This document shows positions 12,966 to 26,581 of a stretch of 64,000 bases of DNA, one piece after another. The position numbers and the translations under genes are program-made. Origin of the DNA: Hypanus sabinus (taxonomy: Eukaryota). Location of the stretch: the NCBI RefSeq assembly GCF_030144855.1, contig NC_082722.1, forward strand, positions 27,404,001-27,468,000, written 5' to 3'. The first letter of the stretch is position 1, and each line of letters opens with the position of its first letter. Under the pieces are notes generated by a model. The model was not told where the DNA came from and made no database searches. It was given only the letters and a program-made list of their open reading frames with translations.

Positions 12966-13095
12966 ACACGAGTGAATCTGCAGATTCTGGAAATAAATAA
13001 AAACACAAAATGCTGGCAGAACTCCACAGGCCAGACAGCGTCTATGGGAGACGTTAATGACGACGTTTCGGGACGAAACCCTTCATCAGGACGGT
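12966..13095 (-). mobile_element. Penelope-like terminal repeat with minimal hammerhead-ribozyme-like core (13059-13093)
   Basis: Minus strand reads CUGAUGA-AGGGUUUCGUCCC-GAAA-CG-UC. The same ~130-bp repeat family recurs near 25.2, 34.5, 38.0, 39.1, 49.9-50.1, 59.9-60.4 and 63.4 kb. Confidence 0.65.
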
Positions 13096-13099
13096 TAGG

Positions 13100-13975
13100 A
13101 GAATTCAGGGTTACTTGGATAGGCTGGGTGAGTGGGCAGATACTTGGCAGATTGCGTTTAATATGAATAAGTGTGAGGTTATCCACTTTGGGAGTAAGAA
13201 CAGGAAGGCAGATTATTATCTGAACGGTGTAGAGTTGGGTAAGGGAGAAATACAAAGAGATCTCGGAGTCCTAGTTCATCAGTCACTGAAGGTGAATGAG
13301 CAAGTGCAGCAGGCAGTGGAGAAGGCTTGTGGAATGTTGGCCTTTATTACAAAGGGAATTGTGTACAAGAGCAAGAAAATCCTCTTGCATTTGTACAGAG
13401 CCCTGGTGAGACGACACCTGGAGTATTGAGTACAGTTTTGGTCTCCAGGGTTAAGGAAGGACATTCTGGCTGTAGGGAAAGTGCAGCGTAGACTCGCGAG
13501 GTTAATTCCTGAAATATCTGGACTGTCTTACGCAGAGGGGTTAGAGAGACTGGGCCTGTACACGCTGGAATTAAGGAGACTGAGACGGGATCTGAATGAA
13601 ACATATAAGATTATTAAGGGGTTGGACAAGATAGAGGCAGGAAATATGTTCCATATGCTGGGAGAGTCCAGTACCAGAGGGCATGTTTTGAGAATAAGGG
13701 GTAGGTCATTTAGGACAGAGTTAAGGGAAAACTTCTTCTCCCAGAGAGTTGTTGAGGTCTGGAATGCACTGTCTCGGAAGGTAGTGGAGGCCAATTCTCT
13801 GGATGCTTTCAAGAAGGAGCTAGATAGGTATCTTATGGATAGGGGAATCAAGGGATACGGGGTCAAGGCAGGAACCGGGTATTGATAGAAATTGATCAGC
13901 CATGATTTCAAAATGGCGGTGCAGGCGCGAAGTACCGAATGGTCTACTTCGGCACCTATTGTTTGTCTATTGTTT
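13100..13975 (+). mobile_element. CR1 LINE 3' end (RT C-terminus and tail)
   Basis: ORFs 13115-13429 and 13481-13885 (FNMNKCEVIHFG...LVRRHLEY; RRLRRDL...FFSQRVVEVWN). Tail ttgtttgtctattgtttg. Confidence 0.9.
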
Positions 13976-14167
13976 GAAACATAGAAAGATAGAAAAAAAT
14001 CACTTCCTCATCCAGGTGATTTATAAAAATCTCAAAGTGCAAGGGTCGCAGAACAGATCCCTGGCGCACACCACTAGTCTCCGGCCTCCATTCAGAATAT
14101 GAGCCGTCAACAACCACTCTTTGCCTTCTGTGGGCAAGCCAGTTCTGGATCCACAAAGCAATGTCCC

Positions 14168-14425
14168 AAAGCAGCGCACCAATAACCATAACTGCTGACA
14201 CTTCAACTCTGCTGTCGGCGCTGTGCACGAACAGTTGTTCGGAGGAATATGGCAATCGCTCGCTTTCTTTAGCCGGCAGCCCCGTCGCCCCGAAACTATG
14301 TACAACACTTTCGACCGTGAGTCTCCAGATCTCTATCGGACTGTTTTGCAATGCTCAGGTATATCCGTTAGAAAATTTCCCACGAGTCATGGACTCACAT
14401 TCAAGGACTGTTCAGCTTATGTTCT
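14168..14425 (+). mobile_element. Isolated Ty3/Gypsy RNase H fragment
   Basis: ITADTS...EQLFGGIWQSLAFFSRQ...MYNTFDRE resembles the Gypsy RH signature (TDAS...PLAFFSR...YSTFDRELL). Confidence 0.6.
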
Positions 14426-17039
14426 GGATACTTATTGTTTATTATTATTATTGTTGTTGTTGTATTTTTTCCCGAGCTCAAGCTGTTAAAACTTGAGGTA
14501 CTGATAAAATAAGCAGACCTATTTCTTAACTGTTATGAACGTTCGAATTATTCTAGTGGTGTTTAGCACAGTGGCTTTCAGAGAAATTACAGAATATGAA
14601 GACTTAAGTAAATATCGATATGTCGGCCTGATTATTTAATGCTATTTTCTAGTGACTTTGGGATGACACCTGTTGTGGATATCCTGCAGTGTATACCCTG
14701 TTCATATTCCATAGGCTTTTAATTTACTCTCTTAATTCAGCATTATTTCTGATATTGAATTCTGTCTGTTGTGTGTGCGTCCCGAATAGCTATATCTAAT
14801 TAGTAAGTTGTTCATGTTTATTTAGTACAGGCAGTTATTATGAATTGTCCTGTCTGTAATAATATATTGGTCGTAATGTAATTTGTGGAATTCTGACTCA
14901 AAAACTGGATCAGGCTTGTATTTATAGTAAGGTATGGTGTCTTTTATTATTTTGTATTTTAAATCAAGATTTTATGGAATGGTATTTATAACTTGATTGT
15001 GCTTGTGAAAGTAATCAGATTGATTTAAACTGCTGCAAGGTTATGTAATGTGTTGGATATTCCTGGTTTCTCTTGGCATTTTCTACTTTAAATGTCATCA
15101 ATGTGTTGGTATTATTGACATTTTTTGTATTAAACACCTACTTCATCGCCACAAGGAATCTATCTGCTTCCAACCATTAACATTATTATTATTATTATTA
15201 TCTTTCAATCGCCAGCTCTGGCAGCAGTAGACTGAGTTTGGAAAGCCCATTTGACGGTGAGTAGTGCTGCCGCATTGACTTGGATAACAGGTGAGGAGTT
15301 GGGCTTGGGTTTTAGGGAGAAGACATCCACCGGTATAACATGAGCCGCACCCCCTTCCCACTCCCGGTCCTAAAAAAAGTCCAGACACATCTGTACCCAA
15401 ATTGGGCGCTGCTCTGGTCAGCGCCTGTTCTCCATGTTAGTTGCGGCTGAAACTAAAATTTGGCTGTAGATTAAAACAAATCTAATCCCTTCCAGTTACG
15501 AAATCAAAAGGTGTCTGCGGAACAGAGCGATATGGCCGATGACAGCCGATCGGCAGGATATGACAGAAAGCGAGCCCCTAGTGGCGTAATGCTGAATAGG
15601 CCCGCAGTTTCCGAGTAACACGAGAAAGATACTGCCAGCACTTAATGTAGCCCATCGACACCACAGGCTGCGTGTGCTGCAAGCGTTGCTCAGGGGAGCA
15701 GTCCCATTTCAACTGAGACCACTCAAGTCACTCCCACCTAAATCATATCCATATTCCCCCATCGTCCTTATATCCAGGTGTCTATTCAAACATTTATTAA
15801 AAGCCTCTATTTTACTTGCCGCTACCACCATACCAGGCAGGGCATTACAGGCATCCAGGAGTCTCCGAGTAAAAATGATTACCTCTCACATCCTCCTTGA
15901 ACCTATCTCCTCCCACCTTCAATTTCATTTCACGTTTCAAACTTGAGCAACCGATACTCTCTATAAACTTTCTATGCTTCTGACATTCCTTTAAACCACT
16001 CTCAGATCTCCCCTCAGTCTCTGACGCCCCAAAGGAAACTACACAAGTTTACCGAGCCTCTCCTGATGGTATAGACGTTCAACTATATTTTCGTTATTCT
16101 TTTGGTGAGATAACGGGGAGCTGTGTTGAACTTAGTCCGATTGCAAAATTATGTTACGTTTGGTACCATTGGCAGAAGTGATAGGAATCTCTCAGGAAGT
16201 TCGGTTCTATCGGCCGAGAGAAACCGTGTTCACAATTCAAGTTGATAGTTTTTCACTCCGCCATGAACAGCAATGTTTCGTATTTTCCCCTCTTTTGGGA
16301 AAGTTCATGACCGGCCAAGGCTTCCGCATGGTTTCTGCTTAATTTCGGCTCATAAACCCCGTAATGCTGTTTTCCATTAATTACCCAGCTTTCCATTAAC
16401 GACCTAACTTGATATGCGATAAACACATGGAGGCATGGCCCTGCTTCATCTTTCATTCGTCTTTAAATGCATCGTGAAAATATTTTGGTTAAAAGGCATC
16501 TCTTGACATTGTCTCATCATGCCAGTTTTCGACCAGTTCCTTACCCAATTAACACTGCATATAAGATGATGAGTACAGCACAGGAATAGGACCTTCGGCA
16601 AAGCTGCCTGTCGCGAACGCAATGTCAAATTAAATTAAATATTTGCGAGCTGTGTATGCTCTGTATCCCATAATTCAATGCATATTCGTGTGCACATTTA
16701 AAAGTACGTCCTTCTGATTTCACCGTCTTTAATGTCTAAGCATTTTTGTTCAGTTCCTGCCAGTGACGCACGTGTAGTTCCCGACACTCCTGCATTTTAT
16801 GCGAACTGATTTTTTAAAACTATTTGGTAACGCATTTCTGCGGGTCTGTAGAGAGAAAAAAATATACAGTTTAAGTGAAAGGGCAAGATTTTCAACTAAT
16901 TCTCAATGTATTTTCTAACTCGTTTTAGTCTGGAACGCACTAAAGTCATCAGATGACTATATATTTCTCAGTGAACCGAAGCGGATATTATTTCATGTAA
17001 TCAATCAATTCTGATATGATTTACACCATCTAGAAAACT

Positions 17040-17660
17040 ACACGGTTGCCAGGAAAGAGCACAAGAATAAAATTAAGAGAGATAGAAGGAGCCATGAGAA
17101 TCCTAGGCGAGCAGCCTTAAGACAAATCTCAAGGCATTCTACAAGCATGTGAAGAGCGAGAGGTTGAGCCATGAGAGAATGGGTGCAATCAGGTGGGAGA
17201 GTGGAAACGTGAGCATGGAAACGGAGGAGGTAGCGGAGGTGCTTAATGAATACTTTACTTCAGAATTCACCAGTGAAAAAGGTCTTGGCAATTGTGGGGA
17301 TGAGTTACAGCGGACTGAAACGTTTGAGTGTATAGACATTAAGGAAGAGTACGTGTTGGAGCTTTTGAAAGGTATTATCATAGGGACGGTAGAAATACTG
17401 GAGGATTGGAAGGTTGCAAATGTTGTTTTTGTCTACAAAAAAGAAAGCAGAGATAGCCCAGGAATTTATACAGTGAATCTGACTTCGGGGGTGGCCCAGT
17501 TTTTGGAGAAGATACTGATAGGCAGCACTTGTGAGCATTTGGAGAGACATAGTCTGATTTTGGATAGTCAGCATGGCTTTGTCAAGGGCAGGTCATGCCC
17601 TATGAACCTGATTAAATTATTTGGCGATGTAACATTGATGAAGGTAGAAATGAATTGAAT
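17040..17660 (+). mobile_element. CR1 LINE ORF2 internal fragment
   Basis: ORF 17149-17658 contains EDWKVANV, NLTSGVAQFLE and SQHGFVKGRSC. Confidence 0.8.
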
Positions 17661-18504
17661 TGCATTGAATATTTAAATGCATGCTCATCTCTGTCTAAAG
17701 GTGCAATGCACAAAGTACAGTAACTCATAATAAATAGTGTGTACAACAGGATAGTCATTATAACATAGAAACAAAGTTGTGTCGGCATGAGTTAAGCTGT
17801 TCGATAACCTGGTGGAGGAAGCTGAACTGGAGCCTGCTGTTCCTGGCTTTTATCCTGCGGTACCGTTTCCCAAATGGTAGCAGCCAGAAGAGTCTGTGCC
17901 AAAAACTTTCTTTACGAAGCTTTCTACCTGTGACGCCACTTACAGCAAATTATGCAGCTATTCCCAGATCCTTTTATTCTATCACACTCCTCTGTGCACT
18001 GCCATTCACCGTGTAAGACCTACCCTGGTTGGCACACAGAAATGCAACATCTCTTACTTGTCCACATTAAGTTCCAACTGCCATTTTCAGCCTATTTTTT
18101 TCCTGCTGAACCAGATCACTCTGCAGCCAGGAAAGCCTTCCTCGCTCTCCACTACACCCATAATGTAGGTGTAATCCTCAAACTTTCTGATCTAGTTATC
18201 CATATTATCATCCAGATCGACAATATAGCTGACAGACAGAAATCTACCCTGCACGCATACCACTAGTCCTCCGATTAGAGAGGCAACCATACAGTGCCAA
18301 TTTTTGGCTTCTCCCACAAAGTCTATGGCTAATCCAATTTACTACCTCTCAGTGAATGCCAGGCGATTCTACCTTCTTGAGCAACTTCCCATGTCGGTCT
18401 TGTCAAATGACTTAATAACGACAATGTAGGCAACATGCACTGTCTTCTTTTCAAATACTTTCCTGGCACGGAAATCTCTATAAGATACGTTCGATATGAA
18501 CTAT

Positions 18505-21500
18505 CATGCACGAAGCCATGCTGACTATTCTTAACATGACAGTCTTCTCAAAGGAATTCAGCCTTCTCATGATGTGGCCAAAATATTTGAACTTTTGTCT
18601 CATAATCAGTCTTGTAATCAGCAGTGTAGCTGTATTTCAACAAATATTGTCCTGTTGGATCTTCCTACTGTCCAACGAAATCTTAACAATTTCTTCCAGT
18701 AGCCAAGTCAAATCGTCGATTCTTTCGTATTCAGCCTTATTAACAGTCCAGCTCTCACAGCCATTCATCACAACTGGAAATACCGTTGACTTGACATCGC
18801 AGACAATGTTATATCTCTGCTCTTCTGTATTTTATGTAAATTTTCCGTTACTGAGTCGACGTAGTAGTAGTGCTATTGCTGACCTCTGAGAAGTAAGCGC
18901 TGTTTAATTTCATGGCTGCAGTTACCATCTAAAAAATCTTTGAAAGGAGGAAAACAGAATCCGTCACTGCTTCCAATTGTTTTCCATTTATTACCACGGA
19001 ATTAATAAGGCTGGTCGACATAATCTTGGCTTTATTCGTATTGAGCGAAAGCACTTCCTTCTTTCACTTTGATTTGAAGCTTCCTCAGGTCCTACTAACT
19101 GTCAGCCATTGTAGAGGTATCATCTGCATATCTGAGTTTGTTAATATTTAGTCCGGCAATTTTGATTCCAACATTTAGGTCGTCTAGAACAGCATTCCTC
19201 ACCACGTGCTCAGCATATGCTGTAAATTAAATAAGTACGGTGACAGTATGCAGTCTTCTCGTACTCTTCCCAATCTTGAAACAGTTGTTTTTTTTTTGTT
19301 CCATGTTCAGTCTTAACTATTGCTTCTTGATCTTCGTACAAGTTTATCATCAGGCAGATCAGATGTCCAGGTATCCCTATTTTGTTAAGTATTTGCAATA
19401 GTTATGCCACACTCTGTCAAAGGCTTTAGTGTAGCCAATAAAACATAGATAAACATTCTTCTGGATTTCCCTCGATTTATCCATTGTCCAGTATCGGTTA
19501 GAAATTTGGTGTCTGGAGCCCCTGCCTCTTCTAAAACCAGTACATCTGGCTTCTCTCATTCCATATAATGCTGAAGTTTTGCTTGCATGACCTTTAGAAT
19601 TACCTTGTTTGCATGTGAAATTTCGTAGAAACAGTCCGGTATTTTGAACATTATTTTACATTCCCCTTCCAGGGAATTGTGATATAAACTGACCTTTTCC
19701 TGTCTAAAGACCATTATTAGGTTTTCCAGGTCTGCTGGAAAATTGCATGCAACACTTTTACACAACATCACCTTTTAAAGTTTCAAACAATTCAACCGGA
19801 ATCCTGTCAGATCCTGCGGTCTTTTTGTTGGCAATGTTTTCTATTGTCCATTCAACATCACTTTCCAGAATGGCTGGCTCTAGATCGATGAGTGCTTATT
19901 TGCAGGCGGCTTCGCTATTGGGATCTTTCCTGTTCAAAGTTTCCTGTCATCTCTTATGACTGAATGGCGGAGCAGATTCATTTAGCCGAACCGCCCTTTT
20001 CTGCTCCTATATATTATGGACATATGGTCTCTTTTTGATGTCTTCTGCTTCTGTGTGGTCCTTCCCTTATTTGCCTTTTACTATACTGATTCTGGAATGA
20101 AATATTCCTTTCATTTTTCTAGTCTTCTTGAATAGATCACTTATTTTTTTCCAATTCTTTCGGCTTCTTCAGCTTCTTTGCATCGCTTAGTTAAGCAGGT
20201 TTGCATATATTTCATTGCTGTCTTCTTGAACATTGTGTTCAATTGGAGATATTTGTTCCAATCTCCATTGACTTTCACAGATGGCGAAACTACCAACTTA
20301 GAGGAGTCCACAGCATCAGTGACCAGCTACATCAGCAAGTGGGTTGATGATGTAACCCTGTCCAAGACCATTACTCTACCTGCTAACCAGAAGCAATGGA
20401 TGACCGCGGAGATGCGTACGCTGCTGAGGACCCGTGACTCCGCCATCAGAGCAGGCGACAAGGCAGCCCTAACAATAGCAACGGCCAAACTGTCCCGGGC
20501 CATCAAAGGGGCAAAGCGTGCACACGCCCAGCGAATCCACAGCCAAATCTAGGACGGCGCATCAGGAAGGGCATCCAGGACATCATCAATTACAGGGCAA
20601 ATTCACCTGACTGTGCGTGTGATGCGTCCCTAATAGATGCGCTGAATAAATTCTAAGCCCGTTTTGAGACGGAAACTGACGTGGCAGCGAGGAAGTCCAC
20701 CCCTCCTACAAATGACCAAGTTCTGTGTCTCGCCGTGGCCGATCTGAGACCCATGTGCAGGGTTAATCCACGAAAGGCTGCTAGACCAGACAGCATTTCT
20801 GGTAGCGTGCTCAGAGGATGCGCAGACGAGCTAGCAGATGTTGTCACTGACATCTTCAACATCTCCCTGAGCAGCGCCACCCTTCCAACGTGCTTCAAGG
20901 CCGGCACCATCGTCCCCCTGCCGCAGAAGTCTCCAGTGTCCTGCCTAAATGACTACCGTCCCGTTGCACTCAAATCCATCATTATGAAGTGTTTCGAGAG
21001 GCTCGTCATGAGGCATATCAAGACCCTGCTGCCTCCTCCCTGGACCCCCTGCAGTTTGCGTACGATCCAAACCACTCAACAGACTACGCCATTGCCATCA
21101 CCCTCCACCTGGCCCTAACCCACCTGGACAAAGAAGACACGTACGTTTGAATGTTGTTCATAGACTCAGTTCAGCATTCAACACAATCATCCCTCAAAAA
21201 CTAATTGGAAAGCTGAGTCTACTGGGCCTGAACACCTTCCTCGCAACTGAATGCTAGACTTCCTGACTGCAAGACCTTAGTTAGTCCGGATCGGAAACAG
21301 TATCTCCAACACCATCATATTGATCACGTGGGCGCTCCAGGGTATGCGTTCAGTCCACTGCTGTTAGTTACGCTGACCCATGACAGTGCTGCAACACAGC
21401 TCGAACCGCATCATCAAGATAGCCGATGACACAACCGTGCTGGGTCTCATCAGCAAGAACGATGACTCAGCTTACAGAGAGGAGGTGTAGCGGCTAATGG

Positions 21501-23340
21501 ACTGGTGTAGAGCCAACAACCTGTCTCCGAATGTGAATAAAACAAAAGAGATGGTTGTTGAATTCAGAAGGGCATGAAGCTACCGCTCCCCGCTGAACAT
21601 CAACATCTCATCGCTAGACATAGTTAAGAGCAAAATTTCTTTATTTTCATCTGGCGGAGAATTTCACCTGGCCCCTTAACTCCAGCTCAATAGCAACGAA
21701 AGCCCAGCAGCTTCTCTACATTCTGAAAAGGCTGAGGAAAGTCCATCTCCCACCCACCCTCATCACATTCTACAGTTATATTGAGTATACCCTGAGTAGC
21801 TGTATCACTGCCTGGTTCGGAGATTGCACCCTCGGATCACAAGACCTTGTAGCGGATAGTGAGGTCATCAGAGAAGATCATCGTTGTCTCTCTTCCCACC
21901 ATCACGGACATGTACACGACACGCTGCATCCGCGAAGCAAACAGCATATGAACGACCCCACGCACTCCTCATCCAATCTCTTCTCCCTCCTGCCGTCTGA
22001 GAAAAGGCACCGAAGCATCCGGGCTCTCGCGACCAGACTATGTAACAGTTTCTTCCCCCAATCTATCATATTCCTCAATACCCAAGGCCTGGACTGGCAC
22101 CTTACAGCTCTTATAAATGCTGCCTCGCCTGCTGTTTCCATCAGAATTTTGTGTGTATTGTTTGAATTTCCAACATCTGCAGATTTCCTCGTGTTTCTGC
22201 CTTACTGCCTTATTGTCTTGTCTATCATTTATTGTAATGCCTGCCCTGTTTTGTACACTTTATGCAGTCCTGGGTAGGTCTGTGGTCTAGTGTAGTTTTT
22301 GTCCTTTGTTGTTTTTTAAACTAGTTCAGTCTAGTTTTTGTACTGTGTTATGCAGTACCATGGTCCTGAGAAAACTTTGTCTCGTTTTTTCTATGTACTG
22401 TACCAGCAGTTATAGTCGAAATGACAATAAAAGTGACTTGACTTGATCTCTTCCCTGCTCAGCTACCCTTAGAGCTTCCGCAGAAAGCCATTTTTGTTTC
22501 CTGGGCTTCTTTTTCTTCACAGTATTTTTTTGTTGCTACCTGTTGCATATTCCTCATTACTTCCATCCATATATTTTCTGGCTTTCTCTCTGGCAGGTTT
22601 AATCCATTAAATAAGTACTTCACCTCCACGGTATATTCTAGAGGAATGCTATCAAAATCAAACTTTGCTGGTACATTGGTTTTCAAAAAGTCGTCAGTTT
22701 CATTCTGAACACTGCAACAAGCAGCTTCGCCTCATTTCTATTGACTGTGTGTCCGTCTCCTGAGTAAATGCAAATAAGATGTTCTCCATCTCTTTTGTAT
22801 GCATGGATGACCTTAATAATATTCCAGAGGACCCATTGCGTCCCTTGCAATTCTGTTACTCTTAATATATCTGCATAAACCTTTAGGATTGTCCATTACC
22901 TTCTCTGCTATGGCAAACTCGAGACATCTTTTAGTCTTTTAGTCCTCAAAATTTCTTTCTTAAGTATTCTCTTGCATATTGTATAACTCATAGGCACCCC
23001 ATATTTTTCTACTTGGTCATACATGCTACGCAGCTTCCTTTTCATAAGCAGGGCTTCAACATCTCTTGAAAAGGAAGGTTCCCAACACCAGTTATCGTTA
23101 CCTTTCTTTCGGACAGGCATATCCAAGCTTTATACTCTCAAAATTTCACTTTTGAAGGCCTTGCTTTTCCCAAGTACACTTTTACAAGAATTTCCTGTCC
23201 TAATCCACACTTGCCAGATACTTTCTGATACCATCAAAAATAACCAGTCAGTATTTTAGAATATTAACCCACGGACTAGAGCTATCATTTTGTATATCTT
23301 TTAAAATAATGAAATTGAGATCACTGCATACAAAGTCTCC
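18505..23340 (-). mobile_element. RTE-clade (BovB-like) LINE, degraded, split by a Rex-type insertion at 20280-22445
   Basis: Minus peptides GFRRGRGSRHQISN...EIQKNVYLCFIGYTKAFDRVWH, GIPGHLICLMINLYEDQEAIVKTEHG and IPLEYTVEVKYLFNGL resemble RTE/BovB ORFs. Sequence is continuous across the insertion (ggaagaga|tgtgaaag on minus). Confidence 0.8.
20280..22445 (+). mobile_element. 5'-truncated Rex1/Babar-type LINE (copy B), nested in the RTE
   Basis: ORF 20681-21118 contains [22 protein letters not shown]. Tail aataaaagtgacttgacttg. Same family as copy A, opposite orientation. Confidence 0.92.
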
Positions 23341-23869
23341 TCTGACGCAAACTTTTCTGACTTGCCCCTTTTCAATACTAATACCAGATCAGGTATCGTT
23401 AGGATGTCTGATAATGATTTTGATGATGGCATTTGTTTGTCTCGAATGTGCAATGGATTTGTGACACTGAAGTGGCCTCCCCAGGATACAAGCCTGGACG
23501 GAAGGTATGGGGATCTTCACCTCGTGACGATTTTCTGCTTTGTCTCACGGGGCTCAAACGAGTGTTCCAAAAAAGATTGACACAATATGTTTTGCACCAG
23601 CTTGGCTGCAGGAGCTGCCGGAAGGATGCTTAGGGACGTCCACTCCCCTTAGGTACCGCGCTCTGGTTTTTCTGCCTGTGTTTAATCCTGTAGGCTTTGT
23701 CCCTACCACGGCTGCACACGAGGCTAGGGGTCAATTTTCCCATAGCTGGGGATCTGGTTTTCCAGCACCAGGACATGTCCCCATCCTCTGTAGTTCAGCA
23801 TGCGTCCGAAACGTGTTCATTGGCGTATGTTATTAGGGAGGTGGCACCACGAGGCTTGCTGTAGAAAGG

Positions 23870-25310
23870 CAGTGCTATGGCAGGGGGAGACTTATGCTTT
23901 CAGCTCTACTTGACGAGGATCGTCACCACTTTTTCTTTAATTCCTGCCGCTCTGTCCCGTCGAAAACAATTACCTGGGAATTTTAAGCTATCTCTCCTGC
24001 ACCTCCTGCAATCAAGTCTCACTAATGGCTACAATATCATCATTCCGGGCGTTGCTGCGTGCCCTGAGCTCACCGCAATTTCCTACTATAGGTGACATTT
24101 TGCCTATCTGTCATTAATCACGCCATGCTCGACCTTCTGGCTCCTGACTTTGTCTGAGGTTATAACAACATCTTTTCCACAACCTCTCCACGAACTGTTC
24201 CAGCACTGTAGTTCCCTGAAAGGCAGCCCAATGATCCAAAGATCTATCACTTTCCTTCCTACACCAACTCCTCAGCCAGGGATTAAACTATATAATTTTT
24301 CGAATCCAGTGACACAGTCAGCAATCCCGAGATCGCAAATCTGGAGGTCCAGCACCTTAATTTAGCACCGAACTCTCTGAATCCACATTGCAAAACAATG
24401 TCTCTATTCATTCTTATGTCATTGGTAGCCACATGGACAACGACCTATGGCAATTCATTCTCCTACTTAAGAATACCAAGAACTCAATACGAGATGTCCT
24501 GGACCCTCGCACCCAGGAGGCAACGTCATCGAAAATCTCGTTCTCGACCACAGAAACTCCTTTCTGCTCTCCTAACGAATCCCAACAGCTAACATCCTAA
24601 CATCAACAGCTAGTTGTTCAGCCAGGAAATTAGATATTGAGAAACATCGAAATCGCTTCTTCTCCTCTCCCGAAGCCGCCCCACTCCTCCACTTCCCTTC
24701 TGAGTCGCAGAGTCAGGCTCAAGGCTAAAGACCCGACCGCTGTAACTTTCCAGTGATAGATCACTCTCTCAAGCAACATCCAAACTAGTATACCTGCTAT
24801 CGAGGGCGATCGCCACAGGGTACTCTGCGCTGGCTGTTTAGATCCTTCCGCTCCTTGCCTGCCATCCAAACATAAGTTGCAATTAAGCATTCTACAAGAA
24901 CAATAATATTACTTGGATATAACATTGAACTCCAACTTCCGGAAAATCCCTCCCCTTCTTTTCCCCCATTTCAATTTCATTCTGTCTGCTCCTCCAGCTG
25001 CCTATCACCTCCCTCATGCTTCCGCCTCCTTCTACTACCCATAGTGCTTTCCCTTCACATTCCTTAACCCCTCGCCCACCCCTTGATCTTTCCCCTTACT
25101 GGTTTTTCACCTGGCACCTGCCAGCCTTCTCCTTCCCAACCTCCCCTCACCTTCTTTATAGGGCTGCTGCCCCCTCCCTCTTCAGTCCTGACGCAGGGAG
25201 GATCTCGGCCAGAAATGTTCACTGCTCGTTTCCACGGATGCTGCCCGCTCTGCTAAGTTCCTCCAGCGTGTTGTGCGTGTTGCTTCGAAAGCAGCATCTG
25301 CAGAACCTTT
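23870..25310 (+). mobile_element. Degraded Penelope-like element (N-terminal ORF relic, pyrimidine-rich 3' region, terminal repeat with broken hammerhead-like motif)
   Basis: Ends in the same cagtcctgacg...gaaa...gatgctgcc...ctccagc terminal repeat. Body assignment is from recognition of the family and was not verified. Confidence 0.55.
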
Positions 25311-25445
25311 TGTGTTCATAACATAACTTGATTCGTGGTTCAATGAGAACAACGCACTTTCACCACTACACAAATACACGTGACTTGCAGAGTAGCAAGG
25401 CTGAGCTAGTGCACACGACATGAATGGCAAGTACATTAACCATGC

Positions 25446-25480
25446 TCAGGAAAGCCTGAAATGAAAACTCGATGGATATC
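25446..25480 (-). other. Conserved 35-nt core of local duplicate (copy 2)
   Basis: Paralog of 5149-5183. Weaker homology extends over roughly 25338-25510 versus 5030-5215. Confidence 0.35.
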
Positions 25481-26581
25481 CTGGTGAGAATGCACAACTG
25501 AAATATACAAGGAAATAAGTGACAAAGCATAATGATCTAAGCGCAGGTATTGTACAGTAATGAGCAATGTGTGTATTTAACAGAAATTCTCGTTTTTATG
25601 CAACAATGATCATTATTATTTTAAAATAACACAATCTAATCACGTTATTGAAATATATATTAGTGAAGCTTTAAAGTAAAATATACTGAGTTTCCAGGGA
25701 ATTATTAATAAACTTCATTGTTCCTTGGAATATTTACAAGCATCTTTGAAAATATCAAATAATAATTGAAATGAAAGGAAATTACTCGACGAATTCGGTG
25801 GGGCAAGCAATGCCGGTGAAGACATGCTGGTATTTAATGTTTTGAGCTGGAGACTCGGGATTTATTTTGTAGAGAGAAGATGCGCAATATATGAATGTGA
25901 AAAGGAGGTGTGCGACCGGTGACGGAAGGAACCAAGCTCGTGAGTGTCATAACCACGGATTCGGTAACACAGTAGATACGACAATTGCGTTTGTGAATAT
26001 GCATTTTTCAGCAAATTATTATCTAATCATGATAGTATTTAACTCCATATTTGTCGTCGTTGTGGTTGTCGAGAATTGGACAAAGCACAGCAATTCTTCC
26101 CTGTCTGCTTGCATTCGATTTTCCTTGAGGAATTGGTCTTCCGAGTCAACTGATTCTGAAGACTAGTAGCCTTTCTTTAATACTTAGATGTTCTTTTCAG
26201 CCGCAGTGTAGGTTTCGTTTCACGTTTCAGAGTTTTAGATAACGGCCCTGTTGGGCATAGAGTTTGTTGTTTTGTTTTACCTTTAAAAACGTTCGCATTA
26301 AAATTTTGTGAACTATCAACCCGCTTCCGTGTCTCTCACTCCGCACTTGAGCAATTTCCGAACCTGGTGACAATGGGTTGGAGTGGTGGTGTGTTTGGAA
26401 GCGTAACGAGAAAGGTTTGATCGAACTTGCTCATTACAGATTCCTGCAAAGACATATAATAACGGTCAGGTCAAACATGTCTCATTAAGATGGATTAAAG
26501 GATATATATTGGACAGTTAATGGGAGAAATTCTCATCATCCACTTTGCAGTGCAAAGCGACATTTATTTAAGATGTATAAT

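Noticed and set aside
16700-16846. Minus-strand GNYTCV (Ig-like) after a strong acceptor
   Set aside because: The frame stops shortly after, and there is no upstream Cys/Trp framework.
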